A stretch of DNA of 64,000 bases, taken from the NCBI GenBank assembly GCA_051313645.2, contig JBNRSN020000004.1, forward strand, positions 55,738,001 to 55,802,000. The letters are read 5' to 3'. Position 1 is the stretch's first letter. Each line of letters starts with the position of its first letter. The notes below the pieces were generated by a model that searched no databases, was not told where the DNA came from, and worked only from the letters and a program-made list of their open reading frames with translations. Positions 11,864-23,608 of the stretch are shown one piece after another. The translations under genes and the position numbers were made by a program. Origin of the DNA: Centroscyllium fabricii. Taxonomy: Eukaryota.

Positions 11864-12550
11864 TTAATTGTTGCGTTATAAACAATAATGTGTTAATGCC
11901 CTTCTGTCCATTAAAGTTTATTGAATTTCAAAAGCAATTTAGCAGTGTAAGCAAATGTAAATGTTTACTGAATGAATGGCAACTCACAGAATTGCTGACA
12001 TACAGAAAGACTTTTACTGACTGGTGCTGTGTCCATATGAATTTCTCGGGAGTGCTTTTTGAATGCAGCTGTAAAACAGATTAACACCTGATTTCAGAGT
12101 CTGGAGGGAGATTTATTATGGTCAATAATCAGTCAGAAAATATACTCATAATTAGCACATGGTCTAAGCTTGAGCACAGAGAGCAACTTAAACTCCAAGC
12201 ATTCTTTTCCCAGCAATTGGAACATGTTGAACACAGAATTGCTGACATCATGTCACATTAACTGATTAAAGATAACCTTAGTCATGAGAAGGCCTCATAA
12301 CTCACTTGAAGCTTTTCCACTTTCGAATTAGCCACTATTATTATTGAAACCCTTATGATGCAGAAAAAAGGATTTTTATTTTAGGGAGGATTCTGAGTCT
12401 CCAGTTCAATGGCATCATAAACCACAAGCACATTTACCAAGGTTAGCAGAACCCCAGATTGTATAACAGCCTATAACTGCCTCCTAGCATCTATCATTAG
12501 TTTATATAATAATTATGCACGTTCATTTTTCAATATATATTTTTATATCT

Positions 12551-12669
12551 GGGGTGACTTTTCTCTGAGCTTCTCCCGCTCCACCGCTGTAACGTTAGGG
12601 TTTCCGCTGCAGCATCTCCAAAGTTACGGAGGTGTAGCAGAGAGTAACTTGAGACATAAGGGAAGTCGA
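12551..12669. mobile_element. Small palindromic MITE remnant
   Basis: ggggtgactttt start. ctcccgctccaccgctgtaac pairs imperfectly with gttacggaggtgtagcagagag. Confidence 0.45.
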
Positions 12670-12720
12670 GTATGCTTGACAGAAACAGGAGACTTTGGAC
12701 TTATTGTTCTCAAAGCTCTT

Positions 12721-12895
12721 CATGTGGAGGTGCCGGTGTTGGACTGGGGTGGACAATTGTAAGAAGTCACACAACACCAGGTTACAGTCCAACAGTTTTA
12801 TTTGAAATCACAAGCTTTCGGAGCGCTGCTCCTTCCTCAGGTGAAGTGACGAGATTCATTTAAACATAGCATATATATAGAGAGAGAGAACAATG
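12721..12895 (-). mobile_element. Penelope-like element 3' end/terminal repeat
   Basis: Matches the 6129 and 56612 copies. The gagattcatttaaaca extension is shared with the 56612 copy. Confidence 0.8.
12808..12844 (-). ncRNA. Minimal type I hammerhead ribozyme motif
   Basis: UCAC-CUGAGGA-A-GGAGC AGC GCUCC-GAAA-GC-UU-GUGA. Stem I UCAC/GUGA and stem II are perfect. Confidence 0.75.
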
Positions 12896-12953
12896 TGGTC
12901 TCTCCAGCTGTTTCACATCACACCCCAGCTGAGAGACATCAAAGCAATCAAAG

Positions 12954-13680
12954 GAGGAGATCGGCCATTTGCAGAGGGAGATCAGCCATTTGCAAGGGGA
13001 GATCGGCTGTTTGCAGGGGGAGATCGGCCGTCTGCAGGGCGAGATCAGCCGTCTGCAGGGCGAGATCGGCCGTCTGCAGGGGGAGATCGGCCGTCTGCAG
13101 GGGGAGATCGGCCGTCTGCAGGTGGAGATCGGCCATTTGCAGGGGGAGATCGGCCATTTGCAGGGGGAGATCGGCCGTCTGCAGGGGGAGACCGGCCGTC
13201 TGCAGGGGGAGATCGGCCGTTTGCTGGGGGAGACCGGCAGTTTGCAGGGCAGACCGGCCATTCGCAGGGGGAGATCGGCCATTTGCAGGGGGAGATCGGC
13301 CATCTGCAGGGGAAGATCGGCCGCCTGCAGGGGTAGATCAGCCGTTTGCAGGGGGAGACCGGCCGTTTGCAGGGGAGATCAGCCGTTTGCAGGAGGAGAT
13401 CGGCCGTTTGCAGGGGGAGACCGGCCGTTTGCAGGAGGAGACTGGCCATTTGCAGGGGGAGACTGGCCGTTTGCAGGGGGAGACCGGCCATTTGCAGGGG
13501 GAGATCGACCGTCTGCAGGGGGAGATCGGCCGTCTGCAGGGGGAGACCGGCCGTTTGCAGGGGGAGACCAGCCGTTTGCAGGGGGAGATCGGCCGTTTGC
13601 AGTGGGAGACCGGCCGTTTGCAGGGGGAGATCGGTCATTTGCAGGGGGAGATCGGCCTGTTGCAGGGGGAGATCGGCTGT
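12954..13680. repeat. 21-bp minisatellite, about 34 units, consensus gcagggggagatcggccgttt
   Basis: Directly visible tandem array. Frames give LQGEIGR, RGRSAVC and AGGDRPF repeats. Confidence 0.95.
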
Positions 13681-13999
13681 TTTTTTCCTCAGCATGGCAT
13701 CAACAGCACGAGATCGGGGTAGGAACGTATTTTTTCTGCTTCAGCTTCAATTTATTTTAGAAAAAAATGATTATGTTGCCGCAACCCTGGACTTCGGTTT
13801 TTGGAGTTGCGGATAAGGGATTGTGTACCTGTATTGATTATGACTGGACCTTTTCTGTTGAAGTTTACATCATGACATTTAACAAAAAAAAAATGGCTTT
13901 TCTTCAGATTGTGGGAAGCTTGCTAGTTTCAGAGGCTGTGTGTTTAGTCCCCCAGCAGAAGTTCATCGGTTCAATACACAGGAATACCCGATCGGCAAA

Positions 14000-14150
14000 C
14001 AAGCATGGAGCGACATTGAGTACTGGGTTATACAGAGAAATTCCAGATTTCATCCCGACTCGGTGCTGAGTTTGGAAGAAACACTGGGGGGCACTACAAT
14101 TAGCCTGACTGCCCCGGGGTTAAGAAGATGAAGAAAAATAATCAGCCATC
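14000..14150 (+). mobile_element. Old unnamed SINE-like repeat fragment
   Basis: ggggcactacaattagcct...gcccc...gaaaaataatcagcca matches the reverse complement of 35925-35999 and, weakly, 28985-29045. Confidence 0.45.
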
Positions 14151-14350
14151 ATATTAACATAAGAACATAAGAACATAAGAAATAGGAGCAGGAGTAGGCC
14201 AATCGGCCCCTCGAGCCTGCTCCGCCATTCAATAAGATCATGGCTGATCTGATCCTAACCTCAATTTTATTTTTACTCTCCACCCCGCCCAAACCAATGT
14301 AATCACCTGGGAGAGCTGAAAAACCAGACATGGCCGATCTCAACCTAGCC

Positions 14351-17300
14351 TCACGTCCAATTACCAGCCCATTCACCATAACCCCTAATTCCCTTTAATT
14401 CCAGGAAACTGTCTATCTCAGTTTTAAATTTATTCAACGTAGTAGCTTCTACAGCTCTCTGGGGCAGCAAATTCCACAGCCGCACCACCCTCTGAGTAAA
14501 GAAGTTCCCCCTCATCCCAGTTTTAAAATGGGAGCCCTTTATTTTAAGATTATGCCCCCTAGTCCTAGTCTCACCCACCATTGGGAACATCCTCACCGCA
14601 TCCACCCGATCAAGCCCTCTCACAATCTTATATATTTCAATAAGATCGCCTCTCATTCTTCTGAACTCCAATGAGTAGAGGCCCAATCCACTCAGCCTCT
14701 CGTCCTATGTTAGCCCCCTCATCCCCGGAACTAACCTAGTGAATCTTCTCTGCACTGCCTCGAGATCAAGTATGTCCTTTCTTAAATAGGGACACCAGAA
14801 CTGCAAGCAGTATTCCAGGTGTGGTCTCACCAATACCCTGTACAACTGTAACAAGACCTCCCTGCTTTTATACTCAATCCCCTTAGCAATAAAAGCCAAC
14901 ATTCCGTTGGCCTTCCTTACCACCTGCTGCACCTGCATATTAACTTTCTGTGTCCCCTGCACCAGGACCCCCAGATCCCTTTGCACTGAAGTACTTTCCA
15001 GTTCCTTTCCATTTAGATAATAACTCGCTCTATTATTTTTCCTGCCAAAGTGCATAACTTCACATTTTCCAGTATTATACTCCATCTGCCAAATCTCTGC
15101 CCACTCACTTAGCTTATCTATGTCCTTTTGCAGTTTTTTAATGTCCTCCTCATTCATCACCCTCCCTCCCATTTTTGTGTCATCCGCAAACTTTGATATG
15201 TTGCACTTGGTCCCTTCTTCCAAATCGTTAATATAGATTGTAAAGAGTTGGGGTCCCAGCACCGACCCTTGCGGAACACCACTAGTGACTGACTGCCAGT
15301 CTGAGAACGAACCATTTATCCCAACTCTCTGTTTTCTGTTAGAAAGCCAATCCTCCACCCATGCCAGAATATTACCCCCAACCCCGTGATTTTTTATCTT
15401 GAGTAATAATCTTCTGTGGGGCACCTTGTCAAATGCCTTTTGGAAGTCCAAATGCACCACATCCACTGGTTCCCCTTTATCCACCCTATATGTTATGTCC
15501 TCAAAGAACTCTAGCAAATTTGTCAAACATGACTTCCCCTTTGTAAAACCATGCTGACTTTGTCCTATTAAATGGTGTTTATCCAAATGCCCTGTTACTG
15601 TTTCCTTAATAATAGATTCTAACATTTTCCCAACCACAGATGTTAGGCTAACTGGTCTATGATTTCCAGCCTTCTGTCTATTACCCTTTTTAAATAAGGG
15701 CGTTACGTTAGCAGTTTTCCAATCTGCCGGAACCTTTGCCAAGTCCAGTGAGTTTTGAAAAATTATTACCAACGCATCCACAATCCCTATCGCCACTTCC
15801 TTCAAGACCCTAGGATGTAAGCCATCAGGTCCAGGGGATTTATCCTCTTTAAGTCCCATAATTTTCCCAAGTACCATCTCCTTAGTGACTTTAAATGTAA
15901 TTAGCTCCTCCCCCCCTAGAGCCACCTGTTTATCCAATGATGGGATATTTTGAGTGTCCTCTACTGTAAAGACGGATACAAAATATTTGTTCAGCGCTTT
16001 TGCCATCTCCATGTCTCCTACCATTAATTTCCCGGTCTCATCCTCTAAAGGACCAACATTTACTTTAGCCACCCTTTTTCTTTTTATGTAACTATAGAAA
16101 CTCTTGCTATCTGTTTTTATATTTTTTGCTAACTTACTTTCATAATCTATCTTCCCTTTCCTAATCAATCTTTTTGTTATCTTTTGCTGACATTTAAAAG
16201 CTTCCCTATCTTCTATCTTCCCACTAGATTTAGCTACCTTATATAACCTTGTTTTTAGTCGGATACTCTCCTTTATTACTTTACTTAGCCACGGATAGTT
16301 GTTTTTACTTTTACACCCCTTTTTCCTCAGTGGAATATATTTATCTTGAAAGTTATAAAATAATTCCTTGAATACACACCACTGATCATGTACCGTCTTA
16401 CCCTTTAATCTGTTTCCCCAGTCCACCTTAATCAATTCTGCTCTCATACCATCATAGTCTCCTTTATTTAAGCTCAGTACCCTTGTTTGAGATCCAACCC
16501 TCTCACCCTCTAATTGAATTTGGAATTCGACCATGTTATGGTCACTCTTTCCAAGGGGATCCTTTACTAGGACATTTTTAATTAATCCTGTCTCATTACA
16601 TAGGACCAGATCTAAGATTGCTTGCCCCCTGGTCGGTTCAGTTACGTACTGTTCAAGGAACCCATCCCTAATACACTCAATGAACTCTTCCTCAAGGCTG
16701 CCCTGTCCAACTTGATTTGTCCAGTCAATATGAAAGTTAAAATCTCCCATAATTATAGCTGTTCCCTTATTACAAGCCCCAACTATTTCCTGATTTATAC
16801 TCCGTCCAACTGTGTTACAACTGTCTGGAGGCCTATAGACTACGCCCACTATTGTTTTTTTCCCTTTATTATTTCTTATTTCCACCCAAACTGTTTCACC
16901 ATCTTGATGCTCTGAACCAATATCTGTCATAGGGTGGATTCCTTTTCAAGGAATTCCCCTTTAAGGAATCCATCTTTGTATTCTATGTTTTTGCTTGTTG
17001 TACCTCATTTACCTGTGCACATACCTCAGTGTACCTCGTTCGCTGTTACATGCACTTGATTGGATAGCTCTAATCAATCTAGTTAGCTTGATTTGCTTAT
17101 AAGCTTAGAGCTGAGACCAGCAAGTTGCCGGATCATTACTACTTACAACTAGGACACACAGAGGTGCTGTCCTAGCTCCGTGGGAGGCAGTTGCGCATAT
17201 GGATGATGGACTCTCCTTCAGAAAACTCAGTGAGAGTGAGTCCCCGCTGTGGAGCGGATTCTGGAGAATTCCTAATTCTACACTCTGGACATTGCTCTCT

Positions 17301-18152
17301 ATTACCTGAACTCAGGTTTGGACATTCCATTTCTACATTCTGGACTGTGCTCTCTATCACCTGAACTCAGTAGCTCCATGGAGGCAAATGTATGTGGGGC
17401 GTTCCCCTGCTTGTGGATAATGGATTCTCTTTCTGAAGACCCAGGTTGGAGTGAGTCCCTGCGATGGACAGGACTCTGGAGAATTCCATTTCTACATTCT
17501 GGACATTGCTCTCTATCACCTGAACTCAGGATGGGACATTTCATTCTTACTACAATGAGGCCCTTCTGTTATGAGGATGCTCTTTGTTGAGTGTCCTGGG
17601 GGTTCAGTTGTACATTGCTCTAAATCACCTGAACTCAGTTTTGGACATTTCATTCTTACTACAATGAGGCCCCTTCTGTTATGAGGATGCTCTTTGCCGA
17701 GTGTCCTGAGGGTTCCGTTCAGTATTAAGCTTGTTCCAGTTTTCCTTCTGAAGACTTGCTTTATATGTATATTATTTGTATGTATGGATGTATTTAATAT
17801 AGGTTTGGTTACATTATATGAAATAAAGGAATCTGAGTTTTAGACTGTTTTCTCAGTGTCTCGCATTTGGGCCCCACCACCCAAACGTTACAATATCATT
17901 CCGCTGTATTGCCGTGATACCTTGCCTTACTAATATAGCCACCCCACCTCCCCTTCCCTCCCGCCTGTCCCTCCTAATCATTAAATACCCTTGTATGTTT
18001 AATTCCCAGTCCTGGTCACCCTGTAGCCATGTCTCCGTAATTGCCACAAGATCATACCCATATGTAACTATCTGTGCCGTCAACTCGTCCATCTTATTAC
18101 GAATACTACGTGCATTCAAATAGAGGACTTTCAAATATATCTGACACTTCAT
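14351..18152 (-). pseudogene. CR1 ORF2 (APE + RT), interrupted by a solo LTR and one in-frame TAG at 14705-14707
   Basis: NARSI/ITETW/GGGV (18152-17893) joins DIGSEH...GDFN...SDH...PQGSVLGP...FADDTK (16924-14705). Segment 14351-14686 continues in the same frame past the stop. Confidence 0.92.
16925..17892 (+). mobile_element. Solo LTR (968 bp) inserted in CR1 ORF2
   Basis: TGT...ACA termini, 5-bp TSD ATATC (16920-16924 and 17893-17897), TATA-like ttataag near 17097, AATAAA near 17822, internal direct repeats. Confidence 0.85.
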
Positions 18153-19267
18153 CCTGCTTTTTCCTTTTTTTCAACTTTACCTTTATCACCATACATTCTT
18201 TCCTTTCCTGACACACTCTGTCTTTTAATTGTCCCGTTGTTACCTATGTCCATTACCTTCTCCAGTGTCATTTTATTTATTTGCTCTCTAGAAACCTCCA
18301 CCCCACTAATTAGATTTAAAGCCCTCTCTACAGCCCTAGTTATACGATTCGCCAGGACACTGGTCCCAGCCCGGTTCAGGTGAAGCCCGTCCCACCGAAA
18401 CAGTTCTCCCCTGTCCCAGTACTGGTGCCAGTGTCCCAAGAAGCAAAACCCAATTCTCCCACACCAGTCTTTGAGCCACGCATTTAACTCCCTAATTTTA
18501 TTTACCCTATCCAAATTCGCTCGTGGCTCAGGTAATAACCCAGAGATTATTACCCTTGAGGTTCTGTTTTTTAGTTTGACCCCTAGCTGCTCATACTCCT
18601 GTAACAGAACCTTCTTCCTTGTCTTATCTATGTCGTTGGTACCAACATGTACCAGGACAAGTGGATCCTCCCCTTCCCACTGCAAGTTTCTCTCCAGTCC
18701 AGAAGAGATGTCCTTAACCCTTGCACCAGGCAGGCAACACAGCCTTCGGGACTCCCGCTGTTGGTTGCAGAGAACTCTATCTATCCCCTTGATGATACTG
18801 TCCCCTACCACTACAACATTTCTATTAACTCCCCCCTCTTGAATGGCCCTCCGCTCCACGGTGCTGTGGTCAGGTTGCTCATCCTCTCCACAGTCCCCGC
18901 TCCCGCCCCCACAGGGAGTAAGAGCCTCAAACCTGTTGGACAAGAGCAAGGTCTGCGGGTCCTCCAACACTACCGCCTTGATTCCCGTACCTGCCTCATT
19001 TATAGTCACACCATCCTGTCCCTGGCCATGATCTACATTTAAGTTAATTAATCTATTTTGTGTGGCTGTTTCCTGCACCATAAAGTCCAGGTAATTCTCC
19101 CCTTCCATGATGTGTCGCAGTGTTTGAAGCTCAGAATGCAGCTCATCAACATGAAGCCGGAGTTCCTGGAGCAACAAACACTTGCTGCAAATGTAGTCAC
19201 CGCGAGCATCAATCGTGTCCACGAACTCCCACATCTCACAGCAGTAGCACATCACCTGCTCACCCAT
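18149..19267 (-). CDS. CR1 ORF1p: Zn-finger/leucine zipper plus SGNH esterase, intact 372 aa
   Basis: CYCCEMW...CSKC plus heptads; blocks GDSII, PGARV, HVGTND and DGLH. Confidence 0.9.
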   Translation of the reverse strand: MGEQVMCYCCEMWEFVDTIDARGDYICSKCLLLQELRLHVDELHSELQTLRHIMEGENYLDFMVQETATQNRLINLNVDHGQGQDGVTINEAGTGIKAVVLEDPQTLLLSNRFEALTPCGGGSGDCGEDEQPDHSTVERRAIQEGGVNRNVVVVGDSIIKGIDRVLCNQQRESRRLCCLPGARVKDISSGLERNLQWEGEDPLVLVHVGTNDIDKTRKKVLLQEYEQLGVKLKNRTSRVIISGLLPEPRANLDRVNKIRELNAWLKDWCGRIGFCFLGHWHQYWDRGELFRWDGLHLNRAGTSVLANRITRAVERALNLISGVEVSREQINKMTLEKVMDIGNNGTIKRQSVSGKERMYGDKGKVEKKEKAG

Positions 19268-20080
19268 TCTATATATTTAATTATACTTATTAATTATACC
19301 CAATATAGTTAAATATCACGATATTAAAGAGCACTTTCCACCAGTGACGTATAAAGAGTAAAATAGAAGCAACAGTACTTACCAACAAGCTGATTGGTAA
19401 GTATTGCTGCCGTCATGCAAGAGTAAGCAGACAGTTCATCATAAAAAGACTATGCGCATCTGATAGCAAAACAATCATAATGAACGTGTAGTAAGAATGC
19501 AAATATTACAGCAGTAACACCTGCTTTATCTGAGTTATCTTTACTGTCGCCTGAAGACTAAATTGGAAATATAATTGATATGATAATATTTGAATAATTA
19601 CTTACTTCAGATACTATTTGTTCATTTATCTATATAATAAAGTTTGCTATACAGTGCGGCATACGTTAAATTTGTGGATGAAAAAATATATTGGCTCAAA
19701 TAAGCAATTTATGTTTACTTATTCACTGAAATATAGATCACCAAAGATCCCACAGAAAACAGCTGCTTCGAAAGCTGCAATTTCAACCAATCATACTGCT
19801 GCATTTCTCAGTGCTTCCACCTGTTATGTCTAGCTCAATATACAGCTGTATAAATCATACTTATTAAATAACAAACAGACAAGATTTTGCTATAAATCCC
19901 ACCGTTGTCTGTTGGAAATAGGGTCCAAGTAGTTTCTCCTGCAGGTCTCTTGGCCAATCTGATTGAAGAGGCCGAACCAAGTGGTAGAATCCCAGAATGC
20001 CACGGTCGCTCTGCATATGTCAACCTGGTGAGCTACCTTCTCCCATTGGTACTATGAGCAGGGCAACCTAACCAACAGTC

Positions 20081-20933
20081 TTTAAAATGGCCATTGCAGG
20101 ATACTCACAAAAAAGGGAAAGGAAAGATTTTTTAATGGATCTTTATAGGGCCAGGCGCAACAGGAAAACCTTCTCACCCACATCCTGCCTCTCCGTGCTT
20201 CACTCCCATTATTGCGTTTCCCCCCGCCCCCCAAACTCCAATATATAGCTCGGCTCCACGGAAGAGCCACTGGATTCCCCCCCGGCCCACCCGACCCTAG
20301 GCTCCGCACTCGATGCTTGCCAATTCATGGAAATGACATTGGGCAGGACGCACACTTGCTCTACCCACTGCCAGTCCAAAGTCTGCTGCAAGTTAAATTC
20401 GACTCGAAGGGCCAATTTTAACACTGCTTGCCAGGCAGAAACCAGGAGGGCAGTTAAAATAGCCATGGGGACTTACCAGCACCACACCCGCTGTTTTCCC
20501 ACAGGTTCCAATCTTAACCTGATCTTCTGAGCAGGCGAGAGGGACACCCACTGGAAGCCAGAACAGTCCTCCTGTCACAATACAGCTTGGACTGCGATGA
20601 CGTCATCAGGGCCTGACGGCTATTTTAACTGGAGGCCTGCACAGGGAAACTGCCCTGGCTTTCGTCCTAGGAAAGTTTGGAACTCTCGGGTCCGGGCCCT
20701 CCCCAAACACTTACCTGAGTGCCGATAAATGTTTCTTCGCTCCCCGGTGGCGGGCGCGTGCTGCCCAGCTTCCCGCCCTCGCCCGCTGCCCAGCTGTCGT
20801 TTCCCGGCGGGTTTGGGCGGGAGACTGACGGCCCAGGAGTTAAAATCTCCGGACTCGTGCTGCCGATGTCCAGACAGTTTACCGACACCCTCCACCCTCT
20901 CGCATGACTCCCACCCTGAGTTATAGTCGAGGC
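20081..20933. mobile_element. GC-rich MITE-like/Harbinger-derived element, boundaries uncertain
   Basis: Same style as the other MITEs (ttttaac, ccccgcc, tgacgtca, cttacct motifs). No clean TIR pair found. Confidence 0.4.
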
Positions 20934-21115
20934 CGTGAGTCAGGAATAGCAGGCTTCTATCGTTATTTAATTATTTGAGTAAGATGGACATAGATTTTAC
21001 CAAATGTTAATCATGATCATACAATAAAAGATTTCAATTTAAAAATATCATTATATACATTTTTAACATATTCCGCTCCTTTAAAATCAGGTGTTGGTAT
21101 GCATACAGAAGTTAT

Positions 21116-22520
21116 GGGAATTTTAACCCACAAGAAACGGGCGGGTTGGGGTCGAGTGGGAGGTTAAAGAGTTAAAAACCAGAATCCCAACTCCAACCCA
21201 TGCACTTCCGGTTCGTATGGAGAGGCGGGAAGGCAGGGTGGGGGCTGGGTGAGCAGCCAACCCGCTCACAGGAGGTACGTCGACCATTTAAATATTAGAA
21301 TAAGCCTCCATGCCTCATGGTGATCCACCATTTCAAATTTAACTCTGGCTGGCTGGGGTTCCCAGGCCTCGAGGAATCCACCAGTTAAAGAGAGGTGAGG
21401 ACTGCTGGATCCAGGTGGTAAGAGCCTTTCCACTTACCTGCTGGATCCAGCATCCCTGCCTTGCCAACCCCACACAGTCAGATGCCCCCCAACCCTTCCA
21501 ATCTCTCCACATCCCTGACTGCTCATACCCCCCACCCGCCCCCCTCCCCAAGTCCTTCGATCCCATCCCCCTCTCGAGGGGCTGGATTTTGTGGGGGGGG
21601 GCGGCGGTCTGCGGGCACATTTGGTGGCAGGTTGGGTGGTATAATGTTTTTTTCCCCCAGTGGGTCAGGACCCTGCTGTGAACCCACCACTAGCCATGGT
21701 GGGTTCACAGCAGATCAGCCATGATCTCATTGAATGGCGGAGCAGGCTCAAAGGGCCGAATGGCCTACTCCTGCTCCTATCTTCTATGTTTCTATGTTTC
21801 TATGTTTACATGCCTTTCCCCCAATGTCGGGTCTGTCAGCGCTGAGCAGATCCGACACACTGCCGCAGCTTCAAAGCGGGGAACCCAATTCAGGTAATTA
21901 CTGGCTTATTTAGAGCCACTTAAGAATGAATTTCAGCTTGCCCAAAGGTCCACGCTGATTGTGGATCACATCTGTCAAGCTGAGGCAGGAGTTCAATGGC
22001 CACTGAATCAGCTGTTTAATTGACAGCTGCAAATGTCTCCAGTCTGACCTCATTACCTCTCTCACCATTGACAGATCACTTCTGTCATCTCTACTTCACA
22101 TGCCATCTATTCCATCAGCATGGGTGCCCTTTATACTCTCTCACTTTGATCCGCAGAACCCCACCACGTTCAGCGCCAACACCAGGAGCACCAGGCACAC
22201 CAGCAGCACCAACAACAACAACAACAATCTCCACAATCAACTGATGCTGCACAGAACACAGGGCATCAGCACCCGACCACATTGCTACCCGTGAGGCCAG
22301 TGATGGCCTTGCCATGGCCAGATTTACGCATGGAGCCTTCATTGACACTGTACGCTCTGGCTGCCACATGATGTGCCAGGTTGGCATCACCCCACACCAA
22401 CACCTGAAAGGATCCCTTGTTTTCCAATTGGGCTAGGAAGGAGGTGCACCGCAAGAATGGACATGCCAGGCAACCAATGGCAGCAGCATGGGGGTGGGAC
22501 GGTTGGAGGGTGGAGCTCAT
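21116..22520 (+). mobile_element. Harbinger-like element remnant (left end plus degenerate internal region) with an inserted SINE/CR1 tail at 21712-21807
   Basis: gggaattttaac terminus, ggtaag...cttacc palindrome at 21404-21451, low-complexity spacer. Confidence 0.4.
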
Positions 22521-22522
22521 GT

Positions 22523-22932
22523 GGTGATCCCCAGGACTCTTCTCCCTGGAACGGAGAAGGAAGAGGGGGGACTTAATAGAGATGTTTAAAATGATGAAGG
22601 GGATCGATAGAGTAAACGTGCAGAGACTGTTTCCCCGGGTGGGAAGAACGACAACAAGAGGGCACGAGCACAAGATTCAAGGAGGAAGATTCAGAAGGGA
22701 TGGCAGGGGCAAGTTCTTTACGCAGAGAGTGGTCGGGGAATGGAATAGGCTACCATCTGAAATAGTGGATGCGGACAGTCTGGGTGCTTTTAAAAGGATG
22801 ATAGATAGGTACATGGAGGGGAAGGAGGAGTAGGGGGGACAGGAAAAAAATCAGAGACGGACTAAGCGCGGCACTACATTGAGGGCCCAAGGGCCTGTAC
22901 AGTGCTGTATGTTCTATGTTCTATGTTCTATG
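22523..22932 (+). mobile_element. CR1 LINE 3' fragment
   Basis: RGDLIEMFK...TRGH...FFTQRVV..WN.LP, ending in (ttctatg)n. Confidence 0.88.
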
Positions 22933-23608
22933 AATATGTCCAACCAGAGTTAGCAACCCTCTCCGAGTGCAGACCCAGCAAGCACTGAGTTTGGTTCTCT
23001 CGATTGCAAGATCAGTTGTGGCCCAGCCTACTGTCCCAGAATGGTTCGCTGAGTGATGTTCATCCACTATTTAGAACTGGGGAAATACCAAGCAGTTGAT
23101 TAGAGTTCAACTGAAAAGTGCATAATTAATTTGAAAATAAACTCCAGATAAAATATGTCACGTGATTTTACCACTCATGTACACACATTTTTTTTAAAAG
23201 GCAGTGCTTTTTTTAGAGATGTACTTCCTGTTAAGTCAAAGCTAACATTTGAAATATAGACAGGATGAACAGCAGTGTTCTCTTTAATTTATTTCCCCTG
23301 CATGGGCTCTTTAACTGGTTGCGTTGTACATTCAAAGTTTTGTGAATGCGCGGTTTCTTCATCGTAAAAGCTGGTGAGCGGCCTGCGCGAGATCTCCAGA
23401 TATCTGCACGGCTGCACTTAGCGGAACATTGATAAGCAGGCTGCAACAAAGTAGTCCCAATGGGAATCAAGGGGTAAACTCTCCATTGGTTGGAATCATA
23501 CCTAGCACAAAGGAAGTTGGCTGTGGTTGTTGGAGGTCATTCATCTCAATCACAGGACATCACTGCCGGAATTCCTCAGGGCAGTGTCCTAGGCCCAACC
23601 ATCTTCAG

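Larger units (their letters stand above)
14157..19320 (-). mobile_element. Near full-length CR1 LINE (ORF1 + ORF2 + 3' UTR)
   Basis: (ttcttatg)n tail at about 14157-14180, ORF2 APE-RT, ORF1 esterase. Candidate TSD ATATTA at 14151-14156 and 19321-19326. Confidence 0.92.

Noticed and set aside
12954-13680. CRISPR-like array or genuine coiled-coil gene
   Set aside because: The units are contiguous with no unique spacers, there are no cas genes and the context is eukaryotic. The ORFs arise from a stop-free 21-mer and contain frameshifting indels.
13767-14131. ORFs of 100 aa and 63 aa as a host gene or pseudogene
   Set aside because: No recognisable domain, and the 3' half matches an old SINE-like repeat also present at about 35925-35999.
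19945-20027. Plus-strand exon candidate (ctgcag|...ctg|gtgagc; LLANLIEEAEPSGRIPECHGRSAYVNL)
   Set aside because: No recognisable homology and no partner exons; such signals occur by chance.
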